Below the pieces are notes generated by a model. The model did no database searches and had not been told where the DNA came from. It saw only the letters and a program-made list of their open reading frames with translations. Shown here in pieces: positions 1 through 11,434 of a stretch of DNA of 64,000 nucleotides. Within the stretch, counting starts at the first letter, position 1, and every line of letters begins with the position of its first letter. The DNA comes from Zygnema circumcarinatum SAG 698-1b (Eukaryota > Plantae > Zygnematophyceae). The DNA is taken from the NCBI GenBank assembly GCA_037447605.1, contig CM074806.1, positions 1,054,001 through 1,118,000 of the forward strand. Reading direction: 5' to 3'. The position numbers and the translations under genes are program-made.

Positions 1-3000
1 TGTCCTTGCTCTTGAGAACTTTCTTCAATACTGTTGAAGTTGAAAGATCAGGAAGTATAATTCGTTCTGGTAAGATAAGGGCAGTGCTCGGCCAACGTTA
101 GTTTCCGCCATTTTGAATGGTTATTTGCGGTTGAAGAGTCAAAAAGCCGCCGCCCATTCAGGAGAGCTGTGAAAGAATCAGAGTTTTGCGGAATGCAAAC
201 CTTCATAAGCGACGAGTTCTTTCTCGGTCATGTCTTCAAAGCCGAAATGTTCTTTCCACATCTTTACCAGTGGATTTATGGATGGGACAAGGAGAAGCTC
301 CACCTACACATTCACCGGTGCATAAGAACCGTCCTGCAAGTTGCTCGAAACAGGAGGTGAACCAAGCCAACAGAAATCATAGCACTAGTTAAGTGGGGAG
401 AGGATGAACCTTCAAATCCACCAACAGCCCCTGGATAGCCTGCAAAAGATTGTTAAAAACGAACAACCGAATCAGATACTTGAAGCAAACAAAGTAAACA
501 AGATCAAACTTTACGTTATTGCTATTACTACGCTGACGAGGATTATGTGAGACAGCTCGTTACCTCGATAAGGCTCCGACAGAACTTTTTTCGACGAAAT
601 CCTGTATGATGACCCCCTCCCCTCCCCACACAGCAAAAAGGACGAAGAAAAAAAAATCAAATAAACATGTCCAGGAAGTCTTGGAGAAGCAACGATGGGT
701 GGTAGGATGCAACAAGCATGCTGATGAAGTTTGAATTCGATGACCAGGTCTTATTTGTCATTGACATATGCATATGCAAGCCCCTCTGCAAAGGCAAAAC
801 TTCATTCAAGGATCCCTCCTAGTTACGAAAGTTATGCTTCAGTTGGCCTGTTTTTCAGAAGCACTTGCCATTTTCAATACTCATTTTGTTGCCCTGGACC
901 CAACTTCCGATTATTGAGACTGAGCAATAGTTCATTTTTCCACACCTAACTTTGTTGCCACGAAAGGGATCTCCGCCAATTCGGTACCGAATACTCTGCA
1001 CGCTCGATACAAGGTTATGTCCTTCGTAACGCAAACTTTCATTGAACTCGCGATGGCGAGGCCATCAAATTTACATGGATAAAGGCAAAATGTGGAACCA
1101 CGAAGGACTGGTCACAAAGGACCGAAACACAATAAAACGAAGCTAGGAGCGGAAAACTACGCCTAGGCACAACAACGCAGCCCTAGAATTCACGGGCCCT
1201 TCGTGAACCCTTCGTAACCATTCACGAAGATTGATTGTCAACCAACACGAGAACCAAGCATGAAAACCAACACATTGCTTTCAAGCAACACCTTCACAAA
1301 AAACAGAAATATCATGGACCTCCAAACGGTGCTTCTTTGGCATTGGAGTAGATGTGGGTTAGCAGGGTTGTGCACCTTAGTGTTGCGGCTGCAACAGGAG
1401 TGGCTTGATTTCGCAAAATGCAAACACGGAAATCACCTGCGAAATCGTTCTCACAAGGTCAGAACAACGACTTCGCAATGCAGTATTTCTGCCTCCTCAC
1501 CTACAAGTCGTTTTTTTCGAGCACAAACGCCTTCCTATGGATTACAAAATATGCCGCCTGGTTGGCAACAGCGATTCAGGCCTTAACTGAGGTCGAGGCT
1601 TTCGTCCCTGCATTTTACAAACAAGTGCCCTAAATTCAGAAGATTTTTCAATGCAAAGATAAAACTTTTGAAAATTCTCGGAGCATCAAAAGTGCTGGTT
1701 GCCTTGGGGTAACGGAAGCCACCGCAGCAGAAAATTGGGACAACAGCATCCCACCAATCGAAGAGGGGGCTCGTTATCGAAACAGACTAACAGCTTCTAT
1801 CGGCATCTTGAAAGTATGCATGTGGAGAAGAAGAGAGTATGTTCAACAATACTTGGCCTTGCAAATGCTTTCAAGAAGGTCGGCGCCGTCGTCCATTACG
1901 ACTTCACCAAAAGCGCACTTAAGGATCTAATGCCAACCAGAGTACACCAAGCCATTGAAGGCGAGTTCCACCTTTAGGAGTATCACTGCTACATAGCATC
2001 GATTGCAAGCGCTCTTCCTAACGACATATCGTGCCTCAAGACAGTCGGAAAGGAATGAAACCTGACCTTGAGAGCCGCAGCCACAGCGCCCCTACTGCCT
2101 GCAAGCTACAAACGCACGTAAGGACAAGTTGGCGAATGCTTCATCGTTAAAAGCGAGTAAGACGATGGAAACCACACAAACTGAGTCCCGATGTTGCAGA
2201 CCTCGGTCTTGCTCATTGTACTTCTGTACTTCAAAAGTGATCGTGTCGCCACAAATGGAAGTCCTTTTGCCTTCCAATGTAGACAGATTGTCGGCGACCT
2301 GGAAAACGAACACACGGGATTACCCAACAAATGTGTATCACAACCAAGCCTTTCTGGTGAGATGACACTTACGCCAGGTCGGACCGGTAGAGGCACTCAA
2401 TGAGAACGGCATGCTGAGATAACAAGTGATTGAAAGGAGTCTATGGCTAGTCGCATCCCTTTGCTTTGGTGATATGCAATGGTCTCATGCACTGTCGACG
2501 TGGGTAATTCAATACCGGAGTACGAAAGAATGTATAATGCGTCTTACCTGTTTGCAAGGTGTGCAAAACCACGGTGCAGCCATCTTGCCAGCAAGTTCAT
2601 TGAGCTCAATGCCGAAAGCATTTGTGATACAACTGGCCGCAATATAAAAAGCGTAAACAATCAGAAAAACACAGTGCACGAGCATTTCCTATCGCAAGCC
2701 GTCATGCTATTTAAATTCTGATAATTCAAAACGTACACAGAAGTCACGGGAATTGCCTGACCGCATGCAATATCATTTTACTATATTCGTCTCTTCTTGT
2801 CTCAGTTCCATTGTGGCCATTTACCCTACGGATAAAGTACTCACCCACAATGCCATTGGAAGGTACAGCTTGAGCAGGAATACATGCACCTGCATCCATT
2901 CACCAGCACGAAGATATCATATGCCAAAAAAAAAGCCTCAAGTTCTTCGCTTCACAAAACGTACGACAGGATTCTTTTTATAATTCCAGAAACAGATCAT

Positions 3001-4089
3001 TTCCTAGACTTCGCCAGGCCTAATTGGTTGCTGGTCAAACTGTTGAACATTTTTCCTGAAAAGTTCCAAAATGTCAAGCTATTGGTTGAGGTTTGCATTC
3101 ACCTCGGACTGAAGCTGACGGTGAAGTCTGACAAGTTACAATAAGCACAGGCTGTACCGAGACCCTGTCAGCCAGTCGCACCACACGTTTGCATGCTCAG
3201 GCTTTACGTAGTCTACAAACTTAGAACGAAAATCGACAATGTACAAATGAACCTGCGCTGTTTGCGACGTACTTCTCTATTTTCCTCGCCTTGAGGCGTG
3301 GTTTCGTCAATGTTTGACTCTAACTCCACGCGTACTCGAGAAGGTGAGCATTTCTGAGAAAATCGAGTTGCAGCTTCAGAGACAGCTTTGTTGAAATCTG
3401 CACGCTGCAGTGGAGACGAAAGTACGGGTCAAGTAGGAGCATTTTGCATCCTGGATTTTTAAAGTAATCCAATGCAGAAGCATCAGCACGAACAAAAACC
3501 AGTCAGATTAGAAGTATGCAATTCTCCACCCAGTCATCCGTCCCAAATACTCTCCGTAATCAACGAATTTCTTTCAGCGTGCGGCTGCTTCGGGAAAAGC
3601 CAGGAAAGAAAAAAGTTACATGATTACGTCGCACATCGCGCAGCTTGCAGTATTGGTCATAGTTTTCCTTCCATGATGGTGCCTTTCGCACAAGTTCCAC
3701 CTCCTGCATTCAAGAACAAATCAAGTGACTGCAGAAAAAGTGTAGCTTTTAAACGCTTACGTGACATCACCAAACACCTCTATTGTGGCAGTTGGCTTGC
3801 AGTGAAAGAGGAAACCACGGACGAAGCGGCCACAATGAAGCCCGTTACAATCGAGAAACCTCCGAAATCATTTTAGTCAAGAAAATTGCTTTGCGTGCCA
3901 TACATTTGTGACAAAAAATCGGACTGGAAAGCACTTGTATTTTGCCGCCTTTGCCTGTAACGAAGCTGGCAAATCCATTGTTCCAAGCCTTTCAGCTGGC
4001 CAAATGATTTTCAACCGCTTCATCCGAGCCCAACAAACTTCCCCTTCTGGCCCGCGTGATGGAGGACCTTTGAGGTTTCTGGGTGCCAT
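1..4089 (-). CDS. PWWP-like + PHD finger + GNAT acetyltransferase protein (IDM1/ROS4-like family); multi-exon, 3' end runs off the window
   Basis: Spliced minus-strand exons read GEVCWARMKRLKIIWPA (PWWP-like); CAYCNLSDF..CMYSCSSCTFQWHCGC..WFCTPCKQ (PHD); and TPVAAATLR|VFGTELAEIPFVATKL|GFRRKKFCRSLIEAIQGLLVDLK|VELLLVPSINPLVKMWKEHFGF (plant IDM1-type GNAT). GT-AG boundaries. Start gccATGg at 4089 is inferred. Confidence 0.8.
1040..1175 (+). repeat. Unclassified dispersed repeat, copy 1 (intronic)
   Basis: cattgaactcgcgatggcgaggccatcaaatttacatgga...gtggaaccacg...aaggacc aligns with 43481-43620 (+), 34440-34565 (-) and 62970-63080 (-). Confidence 0.75.
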
Positions 4090-4219
4090 GGCTTCCAAGC
4101 CTGCAGAGACTCTGCAATTGCGGCCGCTTGCAAGACTTTTGCTGGGTCAGCGTCCTTGCGATAAGCCGTCGATCCTTTGAAGGGGAGACCCCCTTGAGCT
4201 AGAGTCCTGTTAGACTAAA

Positions 4220-4272
4220 CCAATCACAACATGTCACGTAAGCGAAGAGCACACGTGGCAGAATCTGGTTGG
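4220..4272. promoter_or_regulatory. Two ERSE-like composite elements upstream of the PHD-GNAT gene
   Basis: CCAAT-N10-CACG at 4220-4238 (+) and CCAAC-N9-CCACG at 4254-4272 (-, one mismatch), 130-180 bp upstream of the ATG at 4089. Confidence 0.45.
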
Positions 4273-5508
4273 CTGACGCTTATCAGGTTTTTTTTTGGTG
4301 CCTTTCAGACGGAGACTCGCCCTTCGAATTTTCAAAGGAGGCGCTTCATTGCTGGGCTGTACCTGGCGCAATATCGACGATCAAAACAGGCGATTATGAG
4401 ATTTATTGGGCGGTTAAAATATTTGGAAATATTGAATCCAGTGCGCAATGTCATTGATATGTCAAACTCCTTCACACGTTTGAATTTCGAAATTTGAAAA
4501 GCAACCCGCCAATGTTTATGGCAACACGGCGGGTTCGGTTTCGGACAGCTGCTGTGGTGAAGGGTTGGAGGATTTGGCTGTCATTCAGAACTCAGAAGTG
4601 CTGCAATATAGAAGACGAAAGATATGGACTTGGTTCAGGGAATAATTGTTTCATCTCGGACGAACAGATTTCAAGTTCGAACGACTCATGGCCTCCCAAC
4701 TATGAAGTTTTCCCATTTCCTGCACATGGGCTGGAATTTGCGCATTACAGTATAAAGCGCTTCCGCCGAAACATCGTTCACATTCAAACAAGGATCCTTC
4801 AAAGGGTAACTAACGCTGAAATGTTTTGAGTTCTGGGGACCACACTGCAGATTTTTCTGGCAAGGGCTGGACTTTTCCTGAACGCTTAATGGCAGGCGAG
4901 CTTCTTGAGTCAATGAGAATATCACTTTGGCATCTCAGCATCATCGTCAGCACAGTTGCCAAAAAGGAGCACAAGCGATTGCCTGACATCAATCCTTCCG
5001 CAGCCACAAAGTTAAAAAAGTATTTTCGATGAAGCCAGGACTGGTTTGTACTCAATCTGATCTATCCAATCACAAAACAAGACTATAAATGGGAGTTTTA
5101 TGCATAGCAACAACAATCCAACAGCAGTTGAAAAAAAAAAACGCAATTCCGAGTAAACATGGATGATTATACACAGTGGGGAAGGCCAACACAAATTTGC
5201 AAACACGGTATTTTCATGTTATCCCGTAGGCAAAATAATGCAGCAGTAGCAAGAGTGCTGCCAACCGGACCAAACATGTTTTTCTCAAAGACAGAAGGAA
5301 CACAAGCCACAAACCAACTACTTCAGGTCAGATACAACCCAAGTCTCCATGCAAAAACTGCCATATCCGGGACTGAAGAAAACATGGACCTCCACTGACG
5401 TGCCCCATCAAACCCGTTTTGGAATAGACTTCAAGTGACGCGCTCCGCCCATTCTTCTCATTCGCTTGCTGAAAAAACTCAGGCATGCAAAGCCTGCTTG
5501 GGTATGTT

Positions 5509-8500
5509 TCAAGCATCTTTGTTCTTTTCTTCTGGAGCCACCGCTCCATTTGCTGATGGCACAGGCGGCGGTGCCTTCTTCTCAATCCATTGGAGCTCAA
5601 TCTTGAGTTTGCCATTCTTCGAATCATCCAGCTGGAAGATATCATTGATTCGTCCATTCGCCACCACATCCCGCAACGGAATACTGATGTGTCCCAGTTG
5701 CTCCTGCACAGCAGTGGCAGCAGCAGCAGTCAATACAGCACACAAATATGACGGTGCAGTGGAAAAACAGGTGTACTAGCCTGCATTGATAGCGACTCTT
5801 CCCAATACCATTAGCCTTTGACCTCACGTGCAGCAGGCTAAAACAATACCTATTCCAAAACCAGACTTTGGCGACTATGCATGCATTTGAAAGGATAATC
5901 AAACGTCAGTCTAGAAACCAGCGTAAAAAAAAAAAAAAAAAAAAAAAAGCCTCACTCTTGAGTTGATGACACCCGTCACACGCGACAGGTTCTTGCTCCA
6001 AGCCTGCACATGGACTTTCTCCTCGATGGGAGGTTGCTCCACAAGAAACTCAAATGGAAGCTCATCGAACTCAGGTTCAGTGGTTTTCTTCACCACCTGC
6101 ACCAATCGCAAGCAACACAGGTCAATGCAAGACATTACTCCAGTACGGTCCTAAAGGATGCTGTCATCTTCAACTTGGACGGAAATTAAGAAACGGACCA
6201 TCCAAAAAGAGCTGTACAAAAACCGGCCCGCTGTAATATTGCTCTTTGATGACAAACATAAGGCCAGCCTGCAGAGGAAACTCACTTTCGTCTTTTTCTC
6301 TATTCGTCTGAAAACCACTTTGACATATGGGTTGCTGTAGCTCTTCCCCTCTAAGTTTTCTCCACTGCGGACGGTTACGCGGAGGATTCCTCCACCGACT
6401 GGCACTGTCTCAGGAATCAACTCCTCCTGGTTATCGCCATCGTCGAAATCCAGGTTGGCTTCATCATCTTCCGAAAATTTTCTGTGACCCCCACATCCTT
6501 CCATCGTATTGGTGACTACTTTGCATAGAAGCTCATTGGGGCAATTCATACAAAGGAGTCAGTCACCCTAGATTCACTCCTAACAAGGAAAAGGGAATGC
6601 AGCCCCCTGTAAGACCACAGCGGGCACCTTCAGTGACCTTTTCAGTAATATCCCTCTAGCATAGAGTGTGCTAGCGTCTGAATTGCTCTATCTACTTGCG
6701 ACCAATGGAGGCCAAGTTAGATCCTACGTAGAAATAGGTGTTCAGCGTGCGCCAAATCATGATTCGCAGGCAACTTCGCCTCTAACAGAAGAGATACATA
6801 CCTATATGTCAATTCTGCTGAAAGCTGACCCAAACTTTGCTTTGACATTGTCGCTGATTTGCCCAGTGAAGCTTGTTGACCTGGCGTAGACTTAAAGTCT
6901 TTAACGAGTTCCAAAGTCACACTCTTTGGCTCATCTGGGACGAGGTCTTTCAGAGGAAACCTCTGCACGGACATTAATTTGTCTACTGACGACTGCAACA
7001 TTCCCAAAGGGCAGCGTCAGAAAATTTCTCAGACACCGCAATATTTGCGTCTTAAAAGGAATCTGTTAAACTTTGAGGTAAGGCCCATCATCGCCACAAA
7101 TTCAGAAAGAACACAGTGCTTATCAACAACAAAAAGACGAATAAGAGCATTTGTGCAAGGAAATGAGCATTTTTTCCTCTCCTTGTTCCAAAACACGAAT
7201 CAGACGTAAAAGAAAAACTTGAATGCACAGTTCCCAAGAGCCCAGGAAGGCACAACGCACTTCTTTGTCGTACACTTGGAGTTCCAAGACTTCATTCTCC
7301 GGATCTTTTACAAGCAGTTGGAACTCCTCATCGTCCCAACTTGGGTTCAAGTTGTCGTATTTGACGGTGGTTATCTTATTGCCGAGCTTACCCCCTAACG
7401 AGAGCCTCACATACGGATCAGATTTTCCAAAGCGTTCTAGATTCTTCAAATTCTTTGCAACCAATTTCTTAACGTAAAGCCATCCCACTGGCTTCTTCAA
7501 CCCACTGCAAGAGGCGAGATAATGGCATGGATCAGATTCAAGCCTATGAGCTTGTACAGTACGCATTCGTGGTTAAACCCAAGAACTTGACTCACGGCTG
7601 ATTGCCATCATATCTAATTTCCCTCATCCATAAGGAAAGCAGCCTGTTGTTCTGCTTTCTCCATCTGACAGACTCTCTGCATTTCCTTGCCCCATTTTCT
7701 CCATGTTTAATGAAGCTTCAAGCAGAGATTGAAAAGGTCTTCAGCTGATGCGGTGCCACGGTGCACATAGATCATTGAACAAACAGTCAGAATTCCTGCC
7801 CAATTGAAAATATTTGGAAACCAAAATAAATTTTCTTCATTGAATCAAAATGCACGCTTTCGAAATGCTGAATGCCACACAGTACCTGCCATCATCAGCA
7901 TTGAAAACCTCAAACACTTTCGGCCACAACATTTTGTCCGCCACAATATTTCCGATAAGTTCCTGAAAAATCAAACCAAACTAATCAGCTCACCTGCCTA
8001 ATGTTACCATCGATCAATGAAAAGCTTCAAGCAAACCTGACTCTATCATCTTAAAAGAGTAGCCTTAAGACTCTGTAAAGTTTCTAAGCGTCCCAAATGA
8101 TCAAGGAGATGAAGCATCTCTACGCAGGAAGGGCAGTGAGGTCGAGAAAGGATATGTGAGCACACCTGCACAAAGTTGTAGAGGCCTGGAATGGCCATTA
8201 AGTCTCCGCCAATAACCTTCAAACCAAAATCAACGGTTGGCTGCAGTTCAACACAAGAACATGTGTCAGGAAGTCAATACAAAGATCTGAGACTCTGAAG
8301 CCATTCCCAGTGCCAACAAATACCGCGATTAAAAATTCCATACGGCTACTCGCCAGAATCATCCAGACATCAAACTCCAGTGCTTGTCTAGTCGCTTCTT
8401 AAGCCATTCCTAGGTTAGAACAAAGACATAAACCATGCAACTAAGCTTGAAATTGTTTTTCAACACATCGGAAGGCAACGCTGTAGCTAACCTTGGACAT

Positions 8501-10595
8501 GAGGCCGACAGTGATGCGTGAAAAGCATGGAAATACGGGCACTAGCGGCTTGAGTGTGATTCTGGCTGTGGCGAACACTGTCAAGTCCACCAGCTGCACC
8601 TCCAACAAGCTCCTTTTGTGAGCACAAAGAAAGCCGTACGAGAAAGTTTTACATGCCTTTATTACACATGGAAACATACAAAGAGTAAGTATGAACACTG
8701 ACATTAGACAGTAGCCTACCAGCGATTTACCTGGACTGTCGCTTTCACACCAACAGCCTTGGCAGCCACAATAATGTTGGGATTTCCAGCCCATTTCAAA
8801 ACAGGCTCGATAATCATCTCGTCATCAGCAGTATCGTATACTTTAATTCCTGTCGGTCCAAGACAATAGGAAAAACAAATAAACCAATTGCAAAAAAAGA
8901 ATGAACTGCAGTCACCCTTGACCTTACTCGAGGAACATGCTAAGAAATGACTCGAAAAAAAAAACTCTGAGCAGCTCTAGTTGAGTTGAATACAGTAATG
9001 ATTCAACAGATGGTTTCACTATGTTGTGCATATCATTGAGCATATCAAACATTCCTTCCTCCAGGTGGGAAGAAAATGCAGCAAGCCACACACCTGCAAG
9101 TGTCGGAGGCAAAGAGCCCAACGTAAGGGTATCGATTTCGATCGATTCGAGAGGCTTTGGCTTATATTGGGCAATCAATGGAGGCACTATAGTTTTCACT
9201 TGAGCCTCCACGGCCTGCACAGTTTGAAATAAGAACTCTTTGCTTTAGAAGGTACTCAAAAAAATAAATTTTGACAGAAAAATTGGAAGTTGACAAAGGC
9301 TCCCTTCTCAGCAAGAGAAACCACTGGTGTGATAGGACAAAGGATAAAGGATGCACTTGATGCAACGTGAAAGGTTTAAGACCCAAAAAAACGCGAACTA
9401 AAATTCCGTACCCCGCGCAGGTCATACATTAATCGCTACAATCACGGAACCATGATCACTTTTGACAGACCAAGGGGTCAGACCATAAACAAGATTTAAC
9501 AGCTGTGGCGCATCAGGTTCGTCCCAAGTATCTAAAACAGGGTGAGACATCATTGTGGAAATCAGAACGAGGTCCCTTTGCTATCACCGTTGCAACTTTT
9601 ACAAAGGAAGTAAACCACCATCAACGCCGTCCAACAGTAGATTACAAGACGAAGGTGAGCGAATAACACCTTATCAATGAATGGCCACATTTCCCTGAGG
9701 AGTGTATTTATCCAATCGACCTGTATAGAAGCATGAGAAGACGGACAAACAGATTATTTTGGTGCCTGCAATAGCTGCTAAATGCTGGCATGGGCTTCTG
9801 CACATTCCAAAATCTACAAAGCTCAAGACGTCCTTGTCAACGAATCTTTAGCCGTTAAAACCATGACAGCGTCAAATAAGCAAAATCACTCTTGCTGCTG
9901 AATAATGGCTGTCAGTGCAAGGCGAGCTGCAAAGGACGACTTACTCTGTCATAGTCAGGATTTTTCACCCAGATTGGCATTTCCTGAACGAGACGCTTAA
10001 GCGTTTTAGGATCGATCAAGCCGTTTTCACCACCGAGGTTCTCAGGAATGGTCTGTCTCTGTATACGGGCACAACCAGAACACCACACTGGTTAGTACTT
10101 AACGATTTGTGCTTTGGCCATGCTTGAAACACTTAGTACTCATAACGACGTAACCACATTTAATTTAAAAAAAAAGAGTGCTGAGGAAATTATTGCGTCT
10201 ATCAACCGACTGCAAAATATCCTTGCAACAATGCAGGAGCTCATTGCTGGAAAGGCTTCAGGAGGAATAAACAAAGAGACAACTTTAAAACTGCTGCAAG
10301 TCGTGATTCTGCATTATTCAACCACAAGGAGTAAAAAGGTATTTATCAGAGCTCACTAGTGAGCGTTTTCCCAAAGAAGGTTCCCGCAGCCAAATTAAAC
10401 CGTCATTAAGGAAGTGAAACACACCTCGACAGTCATAGGCAGTGTGCAAATGAACGCCCAATATCCAACCACGAGCCCGACGAATAGGCCACATCCGAAG
10501 CCAAACGTTCCCGATATCGTGCTCAGCGTAAAGATAGAGAAGAACCCGACATAGATCAATTTGAACGGCAACAACAGCAACGCCAAGATTCCCAT
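5509..10595 (-). CDS. SYT: Plant-type synaptotagmin (N-terminal TM, SMP domain, two C2 domains); multi-exon
   Basis: Exons read MGILALLL..GFGCGLFVGLVVGYW (TM); IEIDTLTLGSLPPT and LTVFATARITLKPLVPVFPCF (SMP); KPVGWLYVK..KSDPYVRL..NLNPSW (C2A); GGGILRVTV..NPYVKV and EQLGHISIPLRDVVANGRIN..LQW (C2B). Stop at 5509-5511. Confidence 0.92.
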
Positions 10596-10959
10596 ACTGT
10601 CCACTCCTTCACTCCAAACACCACTATTCCACCCTCCAAACCTACCTCTCAACCTCCCCTACACTCCTCCTAACACCCGCCCTGCAACTGCCCTGCAACT
10701 GCCCTGCAACTCTCCAACAAGTCCAGTTCCTGCAGACTCCCTGCTCGCAGAGCGTCCAACTCAGGCTACAGCAGCCGCCCCAGCGGAGAGCCAGCACTCA
10801 GCAGCAGCAAGTCCCAAGCAGGCGAGCCCCGGAGCACGGAGCGCGTCGAGCAGGCCGCGTGTCCTCCCCCCTCCCTCCGCCATGGCTCACTCGCGCCACG
10901 CGGCGCCTGGCGCTCTTCGCCTGCCCGCTTGGCGCCCCCGCGGGAAACCACGTGGGCCA

Positions 10960-11115
10960 GCCGAGCCGTACGGCGCCCGCTGACGGGGCGGGCGGGCGGA
11001 CGGTTGCAGCCGCCAGGGAATCCGGGTCCTACTCCGCTGGGACCGTATTGTACCGTACAGTACGGTGCCATACTTTGCCGTACGACAGGGCGGAAATTTG
11101 GAATATCGGTACAGT
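10960..11115. promoter_or_regulatory. CCGTAC/GTACGG motif cluster in the short divergent SYT-KNL1 promoter
   Basis: ccgtacgg, gtaccgtacagtacgg, ccgtacg and cggtac within ~150 bp, between divergent ATGs at 10595 and 11435. Confidence 0.5.
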
Positions 11116-11434
11116 GGTAGGTCAGTGGTAGCATATTTGGAATATTTGGAGGGGAAACTGAGAAGGGCGGTTCTATTGGATTGAGATGGATTTCACGCTG
11201 AACGCGACACGGGATTAAGACATGGACATGGAACGGGGAGCATCAACGGTCGGAAGGGAATTTGAATTGGGGATTCGTAGGGAAGGGCGCGCTTTCAGGG
11301 AGGGAGGGTTTCCTGCTCCTGCTCCGGCTCCTGCTGCTGCTGCTGCTTGATACTGCAGTGAAGGCTGGGCTGGGCTGTTTCAGGGCCGACAGGGGCACCG
11401 CTTTTGCTCCCAGGGATTGAGACTGGCTCTTGCA

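Noticed and set aside
4231-5400. Separate gene between the PHD-GNAT gene and synaptotagmin
   Set aside because: The short ORFs lack motifs or consistent splice signals; more likely promoter and 3' UTR.
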